64,000 bases of DNA from an uncultured Bacteroidales bacterium (GTDB taxonomy: Bacteria > Bacteroidota > Bacteroidia > Bacteroidales > GCA-2748055). Shown piece after piece: positions 58,554-64,000 of this stretch. The translations under genes and the position numbers were made by a program. Position 1 is the first letter of the stretch. Every line of letters begins with the position of its first letter. The notes under the pieces are model-generated. The model did no database searches and was not told where the DNA came from. It saw only the letters and a list, made by a program, of their open reading frames with translations. Where the stretch lies: contig CAVYRO010000008.1 in assembly GCA_963771005.1 (NCBI GenBank), positions 197,029-261,028 of the forward strand, given 5' to 3'.

Positions 58554-60863
58554 ATGACTGGAACTTTACAAATATGGTTTTATGCCCTTGCCGCCATACT
58601 GCTTATGATAAATACAACGGTCACGGCCCAGCGGGATCTGACCCGGTATGTCGATCCGCTTACAGGGTCTATGAATTCAATGGAACTTTCCGCAGGCAAT
58701 ACCTATCCCTGTATCGCTTTGCCTTTTGCCATGAATCACTGGACTCCCCAAACTGCGATGAACGGTGAACGGTGGCAATACTCCTATACCTCACATCAGA
58801 TCACCGGACTGAAGGAGACGCATCAGCCGAGTCCCTGGGTCGGGGATTATGGCGTTCTGTCTCTTATGCCTACGGTAGGACCGCCCAAATTCCTGGAAAA
58901 GGACCGGCAAAGCTGGTATTCCCATCAGTCGGAGGTGGCCCTCCCCGGATATTACCGTGTTTACCTGGCCGCGCATGACATCACCGCCGAAATGGCGCCC
59001 TCTGAAAGGGGCTGCATGATGCAGTTCACTTATCCGGAAACCGCCCGCGCCAATGTCGTTATAGATGCCTTTGATCAGGGTTCATATATCAGGGTAACGC
59101 CCGGAAAGCAAAAGGTGGAAGGTTATACTACTTTTCATAACGGGGGAAAGGAGGATCTGCCCGGTAACTTCAAAAACTATTTCATCATCATTTTTGACAA
59201 GCCCTTCGATCATTTTTTGACCTGGGCGGACTCATCATTCACGGCAGGAAAGAAGGAAGCCAACGCCAACAGGACGGGAGCCGTGGTGACCTTCAACACC
59301 CGGCCGGGTGAGAAAATCGTGGCCAGGGTGGCTTCTTCCTTTATCAGTATGGAGCAGGCGGAACTGAACTTATCCCGGGAAATCGGAAGGAAATCATTCG
59401 CCAAGGTAAGGGAAGAAGGAACGGATGCATGGAACAGCTATCTCTCGAAATTTCTCGTGGCGGACAGCGGGATAAATGATCTGGACCATGTGCGGATGTT
59501 CTATACCTGCCTCTACCGGATGCTGCTATATCCGCGCAGGTTCTTCGAATACGATGCCACGGGAAAGATCATGCATTACAGCCCGTACAACGGAAAAGTC
59601 CTCCCCGGAAGAATGTATACCGATAATGGTTTCTGGGATACTTTCAGGGCCGAACACCCTTTCTTTACTCTCTTTTTCCCGGACCTTAGCTCGCATATCC
59701 TGGAAGGGCTCGCCAATACCTACCGGGAGAGCGGGTGGCTTCCGGAATGGGCATCACCCGGTCATATCAATTGCATGATCGGCTCCAATTCGGCATCGGT
59801 GATCGCCTCAGCTTACCTGAACGGGGTAAAGAGTGCAGATATCGATGTATTATGGAATGCAGTTTATAAAAATGCCTACCATGCCCATCCCTCGATCACA
59901 TCCGTTGGACGGGCCGGGATTGCAGAATATGACAGGCTGGGTTACGTTCCCTTCGATATCATCAACGAGAGCGCCGCCCGGACACTGGAGTATGCCTATG
60001 ATGATTTTTGCGTTTACAGGCTGGCCCAAAACCTGCACAAAGACAGGGAGATCATTGAGACCTTTCGTAAGCGGGCCATGAATTATAAAAACCTGTTTTA
60101 CGATAAATATAAACTGATGGCCGGCAAGGACTCAGCCGGTAACTTCAGGCCCGGTTTCAATCCTTTTGCCTGGGGAGGCGATTTCACCGAAGGGAACAGC
60201 TGGCATTATACATGGAGCGTGCTCCATGATCCACGCGGACTGGAAAAATTGATGGGCGGACAGAAGATCTTTGTGCAAATGCTGGATACTGTTTTTAGTA
60301 TGCCCCCGGTATTTGACGATAGCTATTACGGTAAAGTCATCCATGAGATCCGTGAGATGCAGATCGAGGGCTTCGGACAGTATGCTCACGGTAACCAACC
60401 CATTCAGCATATGATCTACCTGTACGACTGGGCGGGGAACCCTGGAAGGCGCAGTACTGGGTCGCGGCAGGTGATGGACAGACTCTATCATCCTTCTCCC
60501 GATGGTTACTGCGGCGATGAAGACAACGGTCAGACTTCCGCCTGGTATGTCTTTTCGGCTCTGGGTTTCTATCCGGTTTGTCCGGTAACGGGTGAATATG
60601 CCATCGGATCGCCCTTGTTCAGGGAAGTGAGAATCACTCTTCCTAATGGCAAATTACTGGAATTGAAAGCCGATAGCAATGGTGAAAAAAGCGTTTATAT
60701 AAACGGCATCACCATTGACGGTGAACCTTATTCGAAAAATTATTTTACACGTACCCTGCTTCAGGAAGGAGGAACAATAGATTTTCAGATGTCATCCAAA
60801 CCAAATACCGGAAGGGGAACTCAAAAAGCTGATTTCCCTTATTCCTTTTCCGATGAAGAATAA
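58554..60863 (+). CDS. GH92-family alpha-mannosidase
   Basis: Start taken at ATG 58554 (MTGTLQIWFYALAAILLMINTTVTAQ). Motifs are GNTYPCIALPFAMNHWTPQT, THQPSPWVGDYG and CGDEDNGQTSAWYVFSALGFYPVCP. Confidence 0.8.
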   Translation: MTGTLQIWFYALAAILLMINTTVTAQRDLTRYVDPLTGSMNSMELSAGNTYPCIALPFAMNHWTPQTAMNGERWQYSYTSHQITGLKETHQPSPWVGDYGVLSLMPTVGPPKFLEKDRQSWYSHQSEVALPGYYRVYLAAHDITAEMAPSERGCMMQFTYPETARANVVIDAFDQGSYIRVTPGKQKVEGYTTFHNGGKEDLPGNFKNYFIIIFDKPFDHFLTWADSSFTAGKKEANANRTGAVVTFNTRPGEKIVARVASSFISMEQAELNLSREIGRKSFAKVREEGTDAWNSYLSKFLVADSGINDLDHVRMFYTCLYRMLLYPRRFFEYDATGKIMHYSPYNGKVLPGRMYTDNGFWDTFRAEHPFFTLFFPDLSSHILEGLANTYRESGWLPEWASPGHINCMIGSNSASVIASAYLNGVKSADIDVLWNAVYKNAYHAHPSITSVGRAGIAEYDRLGYVPFDIINESAARTLEYAYDDFCVYRLAQNLHKDREIIETFRKRAMNYKNLFYDKYKLMAGKDSAGNFRPGFNPFAWGGDFTEGNSWHYTWSVLHDPRGLEKLMGGQKIFVQMLDTVFSMPPVFDDSYYGKVIHEIREMQIEGFGQYAHGNQPIQHMIYLYDWAGNPGRRSTGSRQVMDRLYHPSPDGYCGDEDNGQTSAWYVFSALGFYPVCPVTGEYAIGSPLFREVRITLPNGKLLELKADSNGEKSVYINGITIDGEPYSKNYFTRTLLQEGGTIDFQMSSKPNTGRGTQKADFPYSFSDEE

Positions 60864-60961
60864 CGCTTTTTAAAAGTAAAAACGAAAATGTTGATCCCGT
60901 AATTCAAAATTACAGGCATGGTTTTCACCGGGAAAACTTCAAAAAACGTCAACGGATAAAA

Positions 60962-63900
60962 ATGCGTGTCATGGTAAAAAGAATTCAAATAAAACAACGT
61001 CTTTTATTAGGGGGATTGTCTTTGATGGCGGCACTGGTGTTAACCGGCGGACGCTCATTTGAGATACGGACGGATCGTTTATATTCGCTGAAAATGATGC
61101 CGGAAGATTCGCTCAGGGAACATTTTCTGCAACCGTCCCGGGCTTATACCATTCTGCCTTTCTGGTCATGGAACAATACCCTCAGAAAGGACAGGCTCAA
61201 CTGGCAAATGGATCAGATGATGGGCAAGGGGATTTACGGAGCATTCATGCATGCCCGCGCCGGCATCGACTCCAGTGAAACTCCTTATTTCTCTGAAGGC
61301 TGGTGGGATGCGGTCGAATCGACGGTAAAACATGCCGGTGAAAACGGTTTTTATGCCGGTTTGTATGACGAGGATAAATGGCCCAGCGGCAGTGCAGGTG
61401 GAAGGGTCATTGCCCGGAATCCCGGTGAATTTATCAAAAAGGCCATGCATTACACATCTTTCGAAGTAATAGGCCCGCAGACTGTACGGCTGGAATTGAT
61501 GGACAGGCCGTACGCGTTGTTTGCCGGGAAAACAGATGAAAGGGGAAGGTACGACAGCCGGACACAGAAAGATCTCACCGCGTTTGCCGGGCAGGAATGG
61601 GGCGTGCCGCCGGGAAGGTGGGTGATCACAGCATTTAAAATTGTAAAAGACCCACATGAACAGATTGACTACCTCGACACAGCTGCGGTGGCCGCATTTC
61701 TCCATGTGACCCATGATGAGTATTACAAACGTCTGGCCCCTTATTTCGGAAATACCATCCCGGGCGTTTTCTTCGACGAGATCTATGCCAGTTTTTCAGA
61801 CCGGTTTCATAACCTTTTCTGGACCGACGATTTTGACACGGCATTTTTATCACAAAAGTCCTATGATCTCAGGAATAAACTTCCGCTCCTGGTCCTCGAA
61901 GATCCCGACAGCTCCGCCGGGGTGAGGTACGATTATTTCGACGTCGTCAGGGACCTGTACGCCAGGGCGTGGTTTAAACAATATGCCGGCTGGGGCGATG
62001 ATCATCATATATGGGTCACCGGACATACTACCGAGCTGATGTCCCAGTTCAACAGGCAGTCTGATTATTTTTACACCATGGGACAGCTCCAGGTGCCTGG
62101 AACCGATATTGAGGATTTCAGGTACAGCTATCCGCGTCATATCGATTTCTACAGCCCGAAGCAGATCAGTTCCATTGGCCATATGTACGGGAAAAAACGG
62201 ATCATGGCGGAAACCATGGGGGGAGGGGGCTATACCATACCCCTGGAAGAGTACCGGTATGGTTCAGCCATGCTCGGGGTTTACGGTATCAATATGTTCG
62301 TTCCGCATTTGTTTCACTATTCCCAGGAACTTCCTGTGAACCAGGCCGACTGGCCGCCGAGCTGGTTTTACCGGAATCCTTACTGGAAATATTTCAAGCC
62401 GCTGGCTCAATTCATGCAACGGCTTTCGTATATGAACAGCCAGGGTCATCATGTCTGCGATGTGGCCGTGCTTTATCCGCTTACAGATTTGTGGCTCGCC
62501 AGTTTCGGAGCAACTCCCGATCCTGAGTTTTATACGGCAGTGCAAAGGCTCCTTCTGGAAGAACATATCGACTATGACGTCATCGACCCCTATTCCCTGT
62601 CGAAGGCCGGAACCGATTCCCTGGGACTGAAGATTGCCGGTGAACACTACCGGTTTCTCATTCTGCCCTCTCTCACTGCAGTCAGCCGGGGGGACCTGGA
62701 AAAAATCACCGAATTCGTTGCCAACGGGGGTGTCCTCATCTCTGTGGCCGGGATGCCCGTGGAATCGGACGTGAAAAGTCCGGTAGATCCGGAGGTGAGA
62801 AAAGCCATGAATGACATCTTCGGTTTCGATTACAAAGATCTGAGTAGCCGCGATTACCATACCTGGGGAAAGGAAAAAATTCACAGGTATACGGTAGATA
62901 AAAAGGAATCCGGAGGCATAGGCATTTTTACCTGGTATCCGGAAGAATTACCGCAATCATCCGGCGCTTTGCCCAGGCAGACGTTCTCATTCCGGGGAAC
63001 GACAGCCAATGGATCAGGTACAATCATCGCCGGGTGGGCAACAGGGAAATCTACTTTCTTGTGAACGGACATCACAGGGCCGATACGCTTTGGTCAGTTT
63101 AAGAAGTAAGGGTATTCCATGGCTGTGGCAGCCCGAAACCGGAGAAGTCAGTCGCCTGACGAATTTCAGGGAAAATGGTGACAGACTCGAGGTCATGATG
63201 GAATTTTGGTCAATGGGAAGCCTGTTATATCGTGGTTGAGCCCGGCAAGGCTGCAGGACATGAATGGCTGGTCAGATCCACAGATCTCACGGACATGAAA
63301 ATAAATCATCATGGCAATGGAATCGATATTACCGGCTGGGCACCGGCTTCAGGAAGTCATTCGGTCACAATGGAGAAAACGGATTGTGCCGTAACAAAAG
63401 ACTGGCGGGACGGGGAGATTCTGCAGGAAATCCGTCTCGACGGGACCTGGCATTTTCAACTCAGTCCCTCATCTCTCGATTACACATGGGCTCCTGGCAT
63501 TGACAGCGACACGGTGGAACTGCCTGTCATGGAATTCAGTCCGGTGGAGGCAGAGGGTAAATCCACATCGACCTCTCTCAATCCTCAATCTGGCGATTCC
63601 CGGAAAAGAGTGAAGATTGAAGATGCCTACAATCACAAAGAAGGTTGTCAGCGTTATCTCAGCGACTGGGATGCATGGTGGATCAGCTATTATGAATATG
63701 GAAAGCACATCGCTGAAATCAAAGGGGGGACCTGGTATTTCCGCAAATCATTTAACCTCCCTGGGCGCATAAAGAAAGCCACGCTGGAAATGACGGGGGA
63801 TAAGGCTTATGAACTAATTCGTAAACGGCCGGCTAACCGGAAGTGACAATGACTGGAAATCTGTTGAAAAATATGACTTTGCAGATTTCCTGAGGACGGG

Positions 63901-64000
63901 GAAAAATGAGATCCTTGTGAAAGTTACTCATGGCGAAGGATTGTTGTTACAGGGACGGATCGATATGAAAGGAGGCGAGCCGTTGATGATTTTATCTGAC
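60962..64000 (+). CDS. Large glycoside hydrolase, GH106-like (alpha-L-rhamnosidase-type jelly-roll family); several frame breaks, 3' end beyond the window
   Basis: N-terminal PSRAYTILPFWSWNNTL...GIYGAFMHARAG...YDEDKWPSGSAGG is recalled from GH106-type enzymes. Track ORFs 60962-63064, 63009-63239 and 63232-63846, plus the open frame to 64000, are collinear. Family call is from memory of motifs. Confidence 0.45.

Noticed and set aside
36385-63708. The many antisense or out-of-frame track ORFs inside the PUL genes, for example 36752-37474, 37865-38569, 40201-40629, 45619-46191, 47540-48364, 52300-53301, 55330-55791, 56599-57132, 61166-61714 and 62264-62884.
   Set aside because: These are shadow ORFs, typical of GC-richer coding DNA. 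Each overlaps a plus-strand gene that has clear family motifs.
1-64000. tRNA, rRNA, tmRNA or known riboswitch sequences.
   Set aside because: I recognised no cloverleaf-like or rRNA-like segments while reading the intergenic regions. A tRNAscan or Rfam scan would be needed to exclude them formally.

Overview
The window has two compositionally distinct halves and looks like a Bacteroidota-type chromosome. Evidence for that placement is SusC/SusD genes, an ECF sigma/FecR pair, lipoprotein signal peptides and the absence of Shine-Dalgarno-like leaders.

LEFT HALF (1 to about 27.9 kb). This part is AT-rich, roughly one third GC on the lines I sampled, and every real gene is on the minus strand. 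I read it as an integron-like gene-cassette array.
- 15 attC-like imperfect palindromes of 128-138 bp separate 16 cassettes. Each has the form ...AAC, stem, variable loop, stem, GTT....
- The array ends at an attI-like site (25967-26030) beside a co-oriented 529-aa tyrosine recombinase (26266-27855).
- That recombinase has no room for the IntI-specific insertion. It carries instead a triplicated N-terminal module.
- The decisive evidence is in the sequence. The GTT-side flank of each site is the reverse complement of the AAC-side flank of the next site, so each cassette carries its own matching half-sites.
- A 376-bp ORF-less cassette occurs twice, and both copies are bounded exactly at the AAC/GTT boxes.
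- Stem mismatches are systematically G:T on the plus strand, which would be C:A on the minus strand. This implies a single-stranded folded substrate.
- Cassette cargo: two toxin-antitoxin pairs (HepT/MNT, RelE-like); a 9.1-kb HTH + PLD-SNF2 helicase + N6-adenine methyltransferase + ABC-type ATPase module; a Dam-type methyltransferase + ParB-like + NYN/LOTUS module; an ASCH + PIN/GNAT module; a radical SAM/SPASM + lipoprotein pair; a J-domain membrane protein; and several small exported proteins.

RIGHT HALF (about 28-64 kb). This part is roughly half GC with genes on the plus strand. It is a polysaccharide utilization locus controlled by an ECF sigma/anti-sigma pair. It holds SusC/SusD, four formylglycine-type sulfatases, a heparinase II/III-like lyase, two GH28, GH78, two GH92-like, NPCBM-GH27, DUF1961, a PhoD-like phosphatase and a GH106-like enzyme that runs off the window.

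CAVEAT. Many long genes in both halves are broken by frameshifts. This looks at least partly like assembly indel error, so I do not treat those genes as established pseudogenes. No rRNA, tRNA or CRISPR array was recognised.
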